64,000 nucleotides of DNA from the human T2T-CHM13v2.0 reference genome, Homo sapiens, in assembly GCF_009914755.1 (NCBI RefSeq), contig NC_060939.1; one strand, written 5' to 3'. Positions 28,034-48,073 of this stretch are shown here, in pieces. The position numbers and the translations under genes are program-made. Under the pieces are notes generated by a model. The model was given only the letters and a program-made list of their open reading frames with translations, ran no database searches and was not told where the DNA came from. Within the stretch, counting starts at the first letter, position 1. Every line of letters starts with the position of its first letter.

Positions 28034-29050
28034 ATGAGGATAAAACAATGCAAAGAGACTGAAAATTTCAAAAACCAGAATGCCTCTTCTCCTCCAAAGG
28101 ATGACAACTCCTCGCCAGCAAGGGAAAAAAAACTGGATGGAGAATGAGTTTGACAAATTGACAGAAGTAGGCTTCAGAAGGTGGGTAATAACAAACTCCT
28201 CCAAGCTAAAAGAGCATGTTCTAACCCAATGCAAGAAAGCTAAGAACCTTGAAAAAAGGTTAGAAGAATTGCTGACTAGAATAACCAGTTTAGAGAAGAA
28301 CATAAATGACCTGATGGAACTGAAAAACACAGCACGAGAACTTTGTGAAGCATACACAAGTATCAATAGCCCAGTCGATCAAGCAGAAGAAAGGATACCA
28401 GAGATTGAAGATCAACTTAATGAAATAAAGCATGAAGACAAGATTAGAGAAAAAAGAATGAAAAGGAATGAACAAAGCCTACAAGAAATATGGGACTATG
28501 TGAAAAGACCGAACCTATGTTTGATTGGTGTACCTGAAAGTAATGGGGAGAATGGAACCAAGTTGGAAAACACTCTTCAGGATATTATCCAGGAGAACTT
28601 CCCCAACCTAACCAGACAGGCCAACATTCAAATTCAGGAAATGCAGAGAACAGCACAAAGATACTCCTTGAGAAGAGTAACCCCAAGACACATAATCATC
28701 AGATTCACCATGGTTTAAATGAAGGAAAAAATGTTCAGCATGGCCAGAGAGAAAGGTCGGGTTACTCACAAAGGGAAGCCCATCAGACTGTCAGCGGATC
28801 CCTCTGCAGAAATGCTACAAGCCAGGAGAGAGTGGAGGCCAATATTCAACATTCTTAAAGAAAAGAATTTTCAACCCAGAATTTCATATCCAGCCAAACT
28901 AAGCTTCATAAGCGAAGAAGAAATAAAATCCTTTACAGACAAGCAAATGTTGAGAGATTTTGCCACCATCAGGCCTGCCTTACAAGAGCTCCTGAAGGAA
29001 GCAAAGGAAAAACTAGTACCAGCCACTGCAAAAACATACCAAATTGTAAA
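28034..29050 (+). pseudogene. L1 ORF1 remnant
   Basis: ORFs 28080-28718 and 28719-29105 give coiled-coil, RRM and CTD ORF1p sequence with a premature stop. Confidence 0.92.
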
Positions 29051-29112
29051 GACCATTGACACTATGAAGAAACTGCATCAACTAATGGGCAAAATAACCA
29101 GCTAGCATCATA

Positions 29113-33226
<4,114 letters not shown>

Positions 33227-33943
33227 ACAATGAGAACACATGGACCCAGGGAGGGGAACATCCCACACTGGGGCCTGTCAGTGTGTGGGCGGCTAGGAAA
33301 GGGATAGCATTAGGAGAAATACCTAATGTAGATGACAGGTTGATGGGTGCAGCAAACCAACATGGCACATGTATACCTATGTAACAAACCTGCACGTTCT
33401 GCACATGTATCCCAAAATTTAAAGTATAATAATAAAAAAGAAATTAAAAAATGTAAATAAAATAAAAAGGGAATGCACATAACTGTCAACTAAAATTGCC
33501 TACCTAAGTCTAAAGCAGTCCTTTTTCATCAAAAGGCTATGTTCCAATATATAACAGCCGTTAACAGTCAAAGATTTTCAAGATTACTTCTCTCCCAGAA
33601 GTTTTCTCTAGTTAAGGGAGAGCAGTAAGATTTCTATTTTACTTTGGATTCTATTCTTGGGCATCTAGCACTAAGTTCTATCTGCTCCCAAGATTCAAAT
33701 TCCTAATTGACATAATGGAATATATGAGTGCACATGTCAGGAGGCATGGAGGTAGTGTGTAAATCAAGGGGCAAAAATATAATTTAAGGTCCTCCAAAAG
33801 AAAACATAAATCAAAGGTTAGAGTTAGCAGAGAGACAGGAACTAAGCAAGGAAGCAGAAATCAGATCATGTGAATATATGGGGAAACGAGAAGCAAACGA
33901 AGGTAAAATTAGAGGAAAGCTCAACACTAACAGAAAGCTCAGG

Positions 33944-34221
33944 GGTACAAAGTTAGAATAAGATAGAAGGAATAAGTTCTGGTGTTTCATTGCACATGTG
34001 GGTGATGATGGTTAACAGTAAGCCACTGTATATTACAAAATAGCTTAGAAGAGAGACTTTTGAAGTTTCTCACAGCAAAGAAATGATAAATATATGAGTG
34101 ATGGATAAGCTAAATATCTGATTTGATCATTATAAAACATATATATGTACACATTAAATTATATATACCTCATAAATATGTACAATTACAATGTGCAATA
34201 TAAAAAAGAAAGAAGAAAAAG
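33944..34221 (+). mobile_element. L1MA (L1MA5/6-like) 3' end
   Basis: L1MA 3' UTR wording, A-rich tail; TSD aagctcagg at 33935-33943 and 34222-34230. Confidence 0.85.
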
Positions 34222-35111
34222 AAGCTCAGGTAAGTGGTCAGTAGCCAGGAGATCCATCTGCATAGAATGCTAAGGTAGTGTGGTCTCCAAACAGATAGGG
34301 TGCATCAGATGCAAAAATTATCTATTCCCAGGCATTCAGCTGTCCTACTCCAATGCTTCTTAGCTCTTTTCTGCTGAGCTTGATCCAAGCATCTAACCTG
34401 GGAGGTAAGTGGGAAGGAAGACATATGAGTAGGAAATAAGAACAGATCATGTATTTACAGCTACTACTTATAAATTCAGATATGGATGAGAAGGGAAGAG
34501 CGATGTGGAAATGGGGGGAAACCATTCTGAAGGACTTCAGTCAGGCACTATGTCCTTGGGGAAGACATCCTGGAATCCCTTGCGTAGGCTGGAGCCCCTC
34601 CTGCTGCTCTCACAGACTCCTTCTCTTCCACCTGCCATGACATCTACCACACCCAGTGGTGACTATCCATCTCCCATCCAGGCTGCAGCCACCTTGAAAA
34701 CAAGCATGATGGCTTATTCACTTTTACATGCCCTATCTACAGCAGTTTTGCAACAAGGGCTTATCAAATGTCAACAATTACCTTTATCTTATCAAACCAC
34801 AAGTTCCTTATAGACAGGAAGTACACTTTTATGATACTTCATAAGGATGATATTTCAGTTGATAAAGAAGATGAAGTAATGGCCTTTGTCCTCTTATGAC
34901 TCATTCAAGCAATATCTAAGACCTTAGGTGTCTACAGTCATGCCAAAGAACTCCTCTTCTTGACACTAGAAGCATATTCCTCTTACTGACTATTTCTCAA
35001 AAAGTGCTTGTCTGTGTTTGAGACTAAGTTTCAAGAATTTGAGTCTTTTAAATGCATTCCTCTCAGCTCTGTTTTCTATAATGGGCTCTTGGTAGTTTTT
35101 CAAAGAGGTAA

Positions 35112-35360
35112 TATCACATGGTGATTAAGAGGTTGGACTGATGAAACACATTACCAGAGTTGTAGCCCAGCTCCTTCTCTTATCATCTGGTGACCCAGGG
35201 CAAGTTACATAACCTATCCGTGCCTCTGTTTTTCCATCTGTAAATGGGAATCAAGGTGGTTTTGAGGATTATCTACAATACTGGCAATTTTTATAAGTAC
35301 TGGAAACAGTGCCTGGCACATAGTAAGCTATATACGTTATACAAAAATTAGCTATTATAT
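35112..35360 (+). mobile_element. MIR
   Basis: gggcaagttacataacct..gtgcctctgtttttccatctgtaaatggg ... acagtgcctggcacatagtaag. Confidence 0.88.
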
Positions 35361-37534
35361 TTTGCTTCACCAGATGCCAACTGATTACTTTGATCAACAA
35401 CTATAATATCCACAATATATTGGGGTCCCACCTCAAAACATTACTGCTCTAGCCCAAATTTTGGTAAGAGGGCATTTTGTTGTAAAAATAAGTAAATATG
35501 CTTAAAATGGGGAAAAACAAGCACATGTTAATATTTCTTCATTTGTCATGAAAATAAACCATAATAAACTTCCTGAATTTATCATACAAAATTCCAAGGA
35601 TTTATCTGAAGAAACTAAAATTGAGGAAGGTATGTATCTTTTTGCCTTAATCATTTCCTAAGAAGTTACTAAACCTGAGGTCATTATTATTTATACAGGA
35701 AGAGAATCTCTTATACTTCTGGAAAATTTCAAAACATGGCCAACATGTTTTCTGATCATCACCACTTCCTGTGGTGGGGTTTAAAAACCATGCCAACTTT
35801 CATAACTGCTGAGATTTACAGAGTAAAGTCTCATTTGATAATCTTGCAAAATGGATAGGCAGAATTTCTCTTCCTTTTCTAAATGCCACATATGCCAGCT
35901 TTGCAGAGAGTTAAAAAAAAAAATTCCAACCAGCTCCAAGCCGGCTTCACGCAGGAGTACACACTATTCCTCAGCTCTGTCTCCAGCGTAGCCTGGGAAA
36001 TCCCTCTTGCCTCATGATGTCTCCTAGATCTAGTTATTCCAGCCTGGAATCCCTCATACTAAAGGAAGAAAGGGTTTTCACTCCAGTCTCCTAGGTTCTG
36101 GCTAGTATCTCTGGTATCTAAATAATAAAAAATAGGAAAGAATTAATTCAAAAAATAAAATGTTCATTTGTCTAAAATAACAAAGGACTAAGATATAATT
36201 TCAAATGATTGTGAATAACTTTCTCAGAATTAGCCATTTTCAAAGATTTTGTAAATAAAATAAAATAACACATGGTACTAAAATCATGCTTGAACATAAC
36301 TTGATTTTTCAAAGATGTGTGCTCTGCTTTATGATCGTCTCCAGAAAGAGCAGTCCTGGTTTAATAGGATCAGAATGTGTAGCCTATGGAGCCAGAATTA
36401 AATGGTTCAAAGCGTCCTTCCAAAGTTGCTTTTTAAATAAATCCTTGCTTATTTGTTTATTTTTAGCTTGCCATTTGTCACAAGTTGAGGGGGAAAACAA
36501 ATTCCACTTATTTAAGATTTTTATTTTTTTCTGATTTTGTTTACATTGCTCATCCTGGCCTTTAAAAAATATCTTTTAAATTTTATCTGGCTCATTTTGA
36601 CCTATTTATATCATGTGCTTATCCCCCATTTATAGCTGTGTTAATAGGCATAGACAAGCCAGTAGTATCTCCTTTGTAAAATAGCAAAAATAACTGCTTT
36701 TTTTTTTAGTCCAACCAGCTCACACTATTAGACATATAGAGCACATTTGAGTCAAAGTCCTCTTCCTCAGAAACCCTGTTGTTACCATGGGAAAACTGTA
36801 AAAATGCTCAAATGTGGGCATGTTATAATTAGAACCAAACGTGGGCTTTATGGGACCTGTCATGATGTTTCTAGGAAGCTAGTTCTGCGTTGGCTTCATA
36901 AGACATCCTTTTCCTACAGTCATGACTCACTCCTCCTTCTCCTCACTCACCCCCACTTGTTCTGGGGTGGAAGAATGCCCAAATGCTCCAGAGACAGATG
37001 CGTAGGCGGATGTCCAGTCCACTAACGAGAACACACTTCTAGGCATTGTGGAAGTGGGACAAAGGGTTTTGCTGGGCATATTCAGAGCCAACAATGTGAT
37101 GGTTATATGTTTATCACACATGGAGAGACTCATTTCTTTGGCAACCAACCCTAGCCTACTCACTAATCCACCCAACCCCTCCCATCCCTCCCTCCTTTCT
37201 TCCTTTCAGGAAAGCGTGTGCAAGTTCTCCGCAAAATGATGAATCTCTGCTCCTCAGGGGAATGTACGAGTCAGAAAAGCTTTTAAAAAGGAAAGAGGAA
37301 CCAAAGCCTTTGCATAAGTAGGCCAGCTGCAGAGCCTTAAGAGAGAAGGGAGGGGAGAAATCTCCTTGCGGCCATGGCCCCAAACCTCCCGGCTGCCACT
37401 TGTCTCCATTGTCTTCCCACAACCCCAAACAAGTCAGCCCACACCTCCGTGACTGCACCCGCTGTCATTTTCAGGAAAAGAGATTTTCTGAGCCCATCTT
37501 GGCATTTCTGTGAAATCACAGAAATAATTCATTG

Positions 37535-37690
37535 AATCACAGAACTGAAAGAGATGATCTAATCACTTTTATTTTTAAGATGATGAGAATGCCACCAGGG
37601 GAGTTTCACTGACCTGTCCATGCTCGCACAGATCTGGAAACACAGAGCCAGAACTAGAGTCCGGATCTCCTTGTCCTACTCTTTCGTCTT
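37535..37690 (-). mobile_element. MIR/MIR3 fragment
   Basis: tgacctgtccatgctcgcacag...agagccagaactagagtcc. Confidence 0.55.
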
Positions 37691-37829
37691 TCTCACATGG
37701 GCTTGTAAAAGCAAATCGTTCTGTAGATACACTCTTTTCGCCTCAGTTCCCTGGCTAGGTTTCCTTTAAAGCTTGCTTCTTCTTCGCCTGGTGTGACGTA
37801 TAACGGGCATACAGATGAGCTGAGGCTGA

Positions 37830-37970
37830 TTATAAAGACTCATCTGTAGTAACTGTTAAAAATGGAGATTCCCAGGCCTTTCCCTGGGAGATTCTAGAAT
37901 AAGGCTAAGGAATTGTTTAACCAGTTTCCTGCATGTGTTTTATGATAAAGCCAGTTGAGGGAATAATGTA
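37830..37970. mobile_element. MER5-family fragment
   Basis: ctgttaaaaatggagattcccaggcc...ggagattct. Confidence 0.55.
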
Positions 37971-38998
37971 GTAGAGGGACGCTGGAAAAAAAAAAAAAAA
38001 AAAAGTATGTTTGACAGGCAGGGTGTCCCAATAAGAATAGAACAAGGGCATGGAGAGGACCAGGAATTTTGCCTTCTAGCTGCTTTTTCAGTGGGTTAAC
38101 CACTAGACCACACTTCCTCTCTAGGAGAGGCAAGGGATTAAAATCAAAGGTTTGCCACTGATTCATGCTGCCTGCTAATGCTGCTTATTGCGCCATGCTG
38201 TGACCCTAAGCTCTCTGGCTTGGAAACAGATGTGGGGAGTGAGAGGCCTGAGGTACTGGGGGATGGAGGAGGCGGGGGAAGGCAGACGGCCAGGGAAAGA
38301 ACTTCCTCTGCTGCAAAATTTCAGGCAGGAGTGGAAGTCAGTCTAAATTGTTACCATGCAGATCTGGAATCATTTTTGCAATCTCCTGGCTCCAATTCCA
38401 GGTTTGTGCATTCTGCAACAAGAACTGAAAACTTGTTAATTAATGCTCCTCGCCTGACTTTTGCCTCTGCCCTCGTCTGAATACATATTAATATTACACG
38501 TTTAGCTTGACAGTCATTTCATTAGGCAAGAGAGTTTGGTTACCCTCCTACTCTCGCCCCATTCTCTCCCCCGTGCACACTTTAAAAGGAAGTACAGAAG
38601 AGTTAAGCAATTTGACCAAGGTTACGCTGATCTCAATATTGTAGTAGTTTGAGTAAAAGTGTAACCGAGACATTTTCAACTAAGCTTTTCAGACTGCCTT
38701 CAATATATTCTTATCATTAGGCAACTGAAAAAATGTTTTGGAATTATTTTCTCCTATGTGATGAGTACATGACATGTCCTTGGGCCTGTAGTTTACCACG
38801 TCAATGTTTATCAAAAACATGTAGGCTTTGAGTGTTAAATATCAATTCTAGAAATAGTTTTTGTACCTTCTCTGCTCATCTGGAAGTTCCATGAAGGCAG
38901 GGTGGGAATTTCAGCCTTGGTTGTCACTAGATACTGCACATGCGGTAGTGCTTAATGGCCAGGGGGTATAAGAGCTGGATTTTAGGTCTGTAGGAACT

Positions 38999-39115
38999 AG
39001 AGTTCTCAGATTTAACAAAGAAAAAAGCAGGATGGCCAGTTTAATTTGAATTTTGGGTTTTAAAAATGTTAATATGAGCAAGTCTCATGCAATGTTTGGT
39101 AGATACTCATATTCA
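38999..39115. mobile_element. MER53-like hAT MITE fragment
   Basis: cagatttaacaaagaaaaaagcaggatggccagtttaatttgaattt...catgcaatgtttgg. Confidence 0.7.
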
Positions 39116-39139
39116 ACAATCATTGGGTAGAAAAAATAT

Positions 39140-39555
39140 GATAAGTTTAGTGTAGCTGGAGCATCTAGTCTGTGTGTATTTAGCAAGGGGGCAGGGTTGA
39201 TCAACATCAAGAGGTAAGGTTTGAAGTTTTTATTGGGGGAGCCTTGTGAAGTGCCTTTATGCCATGCATATGTTGGTGGAGAGAGGAGCCAGCAAGAATT
39301 TTTCAGCTGAGTGGTATGATCATTGCTGTTTTTGAAAGATAATTCTGTGGCAGATTGGAGTGGGTAGAAATTGTAGGCAGGGGGACCAATTAGGAGGTTA
39401 TTGAAATAGCCTGGGCAAGGAAGGATGAACTTATTTCAACTAAGGCAGTGGTGGTGGAAATAGTGAGAGAAATTACAGGGACATGTAGGTGATAGAATCA
39501 ACAAACCTTGTTGATTGATTGCCTAAGGACAGTAACATAGAGGATGGAGTTAACA
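39140..39555 (-). mobile_element. L2 fragment
   Basis: ttttgaaagataattctg...ggcagggggaccaattaggaggttattgaaatag...aactaaggcagtggtggtgga. Confidence 0.8.
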
Positions 39556-39594
39556 TAGTGTAAATCTCCAGACAAACAATAGGCATTGTTTTTA

Positions 39595-39720
39595 ATCTAA
39601 TTGTCTATCTGTAGAATGGGCTGACAATACTGACTCTACTTACTTCATTAGGCTATTGTGAAGACCAATTAAGATCATTTACGTGAAAGTGTTTTTTGAC
39701 TATAAAGTGCTATAAAATAC
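39595..39720 (+). mobile_element. MIR 3' part
   Basis: atctgtagaatggg...ggctattgtgaagacc...gtgaaagtgttttttgactataaagtgctata. Confidence 0.7.
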
Positions 39721-39744
39721 ACCGTTGTTAAGAGTATATGCATC

Positions 39745-39855
39745 TATCTCAGTAGACACTGAACTCTTTCAGGACAAAGATTACATTTTGTTCATCTTTG
39801 GTACCCCCAGCACCTAGCACACTGCCTTGAATGTATAGATCACCAACACATTTGG
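39745..39855 (+). mobile_element. L2 3' end
   Basis: tagacactgaactctttcaggaca...ttcatctttggtacccccagcacctagcacactgcc. Confidence 0.75.
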
Positions 39856-40128
39856 AGCATCAAACCAAATTTGAAATTCTACCCTGAAAAACCAAAGTAA
39901 TAAACACAGTTTTTCAATGGATCTGGCTTGGTGAAACCTTCAACAAAATCAGGGCTACAAATTCCAGGAGAAATGCCCACTTAAGGAATGCTGATGCTGA
40001 AGACAATCTCTTTCTCTTTGTTCACAGACACACTAAACACTGACGGCCATCTTAGCTGCTCATCTAGCTTTCCCTCTTTGTATCCCTCCCATTATAAATT
40101 ATTTAAAATCCTAAAGAAATAATCACTT

Positions 40129-40288
40129 ATCAAGAGGTCAGGAGATCGAGACCATCCTGGCTAGCATGGTGAAATCCCATCTCTACTAAAAACACAAAAA
40201 AATTAGGTTAGCGTGGTGGCACACACCTGTAGTCCCAACTACTTGGGAGGCTGAGGCAGGAGAATCGCTTGAACTGTGTCTGAAAAAA
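40129..40288 (+). mobile_element. Alu (AluSc8-like), 5'-truncated and internally deleted
   Basis: Starts at atcaagaggtcaggagatcgag; jumps from cttgaac to tgtgtctg-poly(A); degenerate TSD (13/16) at 40113-40128 and 40289-40304. Confidence 0.9.
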
Positions 40289-40341
40289 AAAAAAAAAATC
40301 ACCTGACCTGTTTTAGATATCACCCTGGTAGTGTCTGGTAA

Positions 40342-40460
40342 GTCCCACTAGACTCTTGAGCTTAGCTTAGTTTAGGTGAGGAATACTCTGTCCTTTATCT
40401 CTGTATTTCTGTATCTACCACCAAGCCTACTCTGTGGTTGGTGCTCAATAATAATCTTAT
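40342..40460 (+). mobile_element. L2 3' end
   Basis: tcccactagact...tttatctctgtattt...ggtgctcaata. Confidence 0.55.
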
Positions 40461-40844
40461 AAATAAAAAAAGATAATAATTTGCAAATTAAATACCACTC
40501 AAACTTTGAATATGTCCAAGTCTCTATTTTCAACCAAGCAAAAAACTTGTGAATTGTATTGCAAAATATAGGTACCACATTTTCAAATAATTTCATTGGA
40601 ATTTTATCCTCTCATAATAAATTTATCTCTCTTGATCATTTTTCTTTTCTTTCCTTTTTCTTGTTGATTCTGTTTGCCATTTCTTACAATATTTTGATTC
40701 TAAGGATTTTTTTATACTTCCCTGTAACTTTTTTTATTCTATGTATAATCAAAACAATATCCAGAGAGACTGCCAAAAGCAGTCTTCCACTTCCATCAAG
40801 TGGAAATTATTATATATGGGTATCATTATTATTATTATTGTTTA

Positions 40845-41082
40845 TGGTTATCATTTATTGAGCACATATCATGGGACAATTATTATACTAGACGCTTTAG
40901 CTATATTATTTAATTTAAACATTAAGCAGTCATAAAACAGCTCCTACTACCCCCTTTTTATATATAAAAACCTGAGGCTTTAAAAATGTTAAGTAAGTTA
41001 TTTCAGGTCAAAGAGTTTAAAGGTGACAGAGACAGTATTTAAGCCAGGCCTCACTGATTCTACAGTCATTTTCTCACTACTC
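40845..41082 (-). mobile_element. MIR
   Basis: catttattgagcac...aacctgaggct...gttaagtaa...aggtca...gacagagacagtatttaagccagg. Confidence 0.8.
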
Positions 41083-41086
41083 AACC

Positions 41087-41273
41087 AATTACTCTCAAAT
41101 TCTATCAGGCATCAGAGTCTCCTGGAGAGTTTTTTAAACTACAGATGGCTGTGTCTCCCCTCCAGAGTTTCTGATTCAGTCAAGCTGGATGGGACATAAT
41201 TTATAGCTCTAACAAGTTCAACCAGGTGATGCTGATGCTGCTGATCCAGGGATCACACTTTAAGAATCAACAG
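41087..41273. mobile_element. MER5A
   Basis: gcatcagagtctcctggagag...cccctccagagtttctgattcag...ctaacaagttc...ccaggtgatgctgatgctgctg...cacactttaagaa. Confidence 0.85.
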
Positions 41274-41364
41274 ACTAAACAGTACTGCCTAATATTGGCT
41301 CATTATTGATCACTAGTTCTATGACATAGACCTGAGCAGCGAGGATACAAAGATAAGTGAGGCA

Positions 41365-41568
41365 CCAGACTGGGCAACGTAAGGAGAGTCCATCTCTACA
41401 AAAAAAATTTAAAAATTAGCCTGGTGTTGTGACGCATGTCTGTAGTTCATGCTAGTTGGGAGGCTGAGGCAGGAGGATTGCCTGAGCCCAAGAATTATAA
41501 TTGCCCATTGCACTCCAGCCTGGGCAACAGAGCAAGACCCAGTCTCAAAAATAAATAAATAAATAAAT
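41365..41568 (+). mobile_element. 5'-truncated AluJ with internal deletion
   Basis: ggaggattgcctgagccc diagnostic, (taaa)n tail; TSD aagat(a/g)agtga(g/a)gca at 41350-41364 and 41569-41583. Confidence 0.88.
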
Positions 41569-41609
41569 AAGATGAGTGAAGCAGTTGTTTCTGCCCAAGA
41601 AGTTCCTAC

Positions 41610-41937
41610 ACACTCTGCTCATCTGGCTCATTGCAAAAAGTTCCTCAAGACTGCAACTTTTCAGATCAGCCACCCTCACAAGAACAGTTGCCTAGCAATG
41701 GCTGTTTTCACCAATGAGTTAACATCAGCTCCTGCAACAGGTCCCTGTGGCCAATGACGTTTGTTTCAAAGCAGCTTATGTGTACTTCTTCTTTTTGCCT
41801 TTAAGAGTTTTTCCTTATCCCAGCCTCTCCAGACATGCCTATGATTTGTCATAACATGAGTTTTAACCCCCTGTTTATTCCCAATTGAATTCATTTCTAT
41901 CGATAGGAATTCTCTCTGTTGTTATCTTAGATTGACA
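41610..41937 (+). mobile_element. ERV1 LTR 3' portion (MER34-like)
   Basis: CCAAT motifs, ttgtttcaaagcagcttatgtg, end tctctctgttgttatcttagattgaca. Confidence 0.6.
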
Positions 41938-43086
41938 CATATGAGTAAACAGAATATCAATAATATAAACATAGTAAGTTCTATGGAGCCATATGCAAGG
42001 GTGCTATGAAAACACTGAGTGGCAAGGTAGGAGGTAGCCAAAGAAGCCATGCTACCCAAAAGTAATCCTTAAACTGAATATTAAAGAATGATCAAGAGCT
42101 AGGGAAAGAGGAAAAAGGGAGAGGGTATTTTCCTTAATGGAAACAACATATGCAGAAACACAAAGACATTACATTTTTGGTGTACCAAGAAAACTACAAG
42201 TATTTTATTATGACTGGCACATAAGCAGTTGCAGAATATTAGAGAAAGTCTTACATGTGACCCTGAGTTTGAATTTTATACTTGAAGAAAGACCAGCCTT
42301 TTTTGTTGTATGGAGACTCCAGATGTGGGAACTAGAGTTACAGTAAGAAACGGGGGAATCAAGAGGGCATTTGAGTATCATAATTATCTGTGAGAAGGTC
42401 AATAAAAATTGATGAACCTCTAGCCAAATTGAGGATAAAAAGACAGAAGACAAAAATTACTGATAGTAGGATTGAGAGAGGGTATATCACTACAGATTGT
42501 ACAGATATTAAAAGGGAAATGAGGAAATATTAGAATAATTTTAAGCCAATAAATTTGACTACTTAAATGAACTAGATATGTTCTTTGAAATACATACGCT
42601 AAAGCTCACTCAAGAGAAATAGATAAGCTGAATAGTCCTACATTTATTAAAGCACTTATATTTGTAGCTAAAAGCCTTTCCATAAAGAAAACGCTAAGCC
42701 AAGATCACTGGGGAATTCTACCAAATACTTAATAAAAAAAAAAACTAATTCTATATAAAATCTTCCAGAAAATTGAAGATGAAATACTTCCCAATTTATT
42801 CTATAAGACCAGCATTGCCCTGATACCAAAATGAGGTAAAAGCATAAAGAAAACTACTCTCGATAATTCTCATTGGCACAAAATTAAGAAGATTGTATAA
42901 AATCAAGTCCAGCAATATATTTCAAATAATACATCCCAGGAATGCAAGCTTGGTTTAACGTCTGAAAATCAATCAATGTGATTAACCCTATAAACAGAAT
43001 TTTTTAAAAGACTGCTCCAATACATCTATAAAAGCACTTAATAAACTCCAAAACACATACTTAATTAAAACTTTCAGAAAACTAGG

Positions 43087-43512
43087 TGTATTCATTTGTT
43101 CTTGCATTTTTATATAGAAATACCTGAGCCTGGGTAATTTATAAAGAAAAGAGGTTTAATTGGCTCACAGATCCACAGGCTGTACAGGAAGCATGATGCT
43201 GGCATTTGCTCAGCTTCTGGAGAGGCCTCAGGAAACTTTCAATCATGGCAGAAGGTCAAGGAAAAGTAGGCACATTTTACATGGCCAGAGCAGGAACAAG
43301 AGAGAGAAAGTGAGAAGTTGCTGCACACTTTTAAACAACCAGATGTCACAATAATTCACTCACTGTCATGAGAATAGCACCAAAGGGATGGTACTAAGTC
43401 ATTCAAGGACCACCCCCATGATCCAATTACCTCCCATCAGGCCCCACCTCCAACATTACGGATTACAATTCAACATGAGATTTGGGTGGAGATACAGTTC
43501 GAAACCATATCA
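43087..43512 (-). mobile_element. MSTA (MaLR) solo LTR
   Basis: tgtatt...tacctgagcctgggtaatttataaagaaaagaggtttaattggctcac...ccatatca; 5-bp TSD ctagg at 43082-43086 and 43513-43517. Confidence 0.92.
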
Positions 43513-44158
43513 CTAGGAATAGAGGAAATATTCCCAACCTGAAAGGGCAACTATGAAAAGTATATAGCTAACATACTTAATAGTATGAAATTGAATGCTT
43601 TTCCCCTAAGATAAGGAACAAAGCAAAAATGTCCATTCTTACCATTGCTATTCAATATTATACTGGAGTTTCTAGTCAGTACAATAAAGCAAGGAGAAAA
43701 CACACATCCAGATTGGAAGGAAAGAAAGAACACTGTTTTCATTAATGCACAACATGATTACCTATAAAGAAAATCCCACAAAATCTACAGAAACACAACT
43801 AACACTAACAGGTAATTTTAGAAAAATTGCAGCATACAAGATCAAAATAAACAATGTCTGCTCCTTGGAACACACTGTTAAGATGTAAAGAAGAGTCACA
43901 GACTGGAATAAAATATTTGTTTCTTTTTTTATTTTTATTTTTTAAATTTTATTATTATACTTTAAGTTTTAGGGTACATGTGCACAATGTGCAGGTTAGT
44001 TACATATGTATACATGTGACACGCTGGTGTGCTGCACCCATTAATTCGTCATTTAGCATTAGGTATATCTCCTAAAGCTATCCCTGCCCCCTCTCCCCAC
44101 CCCACAACAGTCCCCAGAGTGTGATGTTCCCCGTCCCGTGTCCATGTGTGCTCGTTGT

Positions 44159-48010
<3,852 letters not shown>

Positions 48011-48073
48011 GATGATGTTAGCTGGTTATTTTGCTTGTTAGTTGATGCAGTTTCTCCCTAGCCTCGATGGTCT

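Larger units (their letters stand above)
41300..42300 (-). mobile_element. L2 fragments interrupted by an AluJ and an ERV1 LTR
   Basis: gaggatacaaagataag...ctgcccaagaagtt; gggtgctatgaaaacac...aactgaatattaaagaatga...aacaacatatgcagaa. Confidence 0.6.

Noticed and set aside
27731-28366. 211-aa hydrophobic minus-strand ORF and similar antisense-to-L1 ORFs
   Set aside because: A by-product of L1 A-rich strand bias (T-rich antisense codons), seen in many L1 copies.
33700-34300. Purine-rich stretch possibly from an ancient LTR
   Set aside because: No termini or family could be supported by eye.
37590-37606. CTCF-like tgccaccaggggag
   Set aside because: Only a partial match, lacking the GGCGC/GGCAG end, and inside a decayed MIR.
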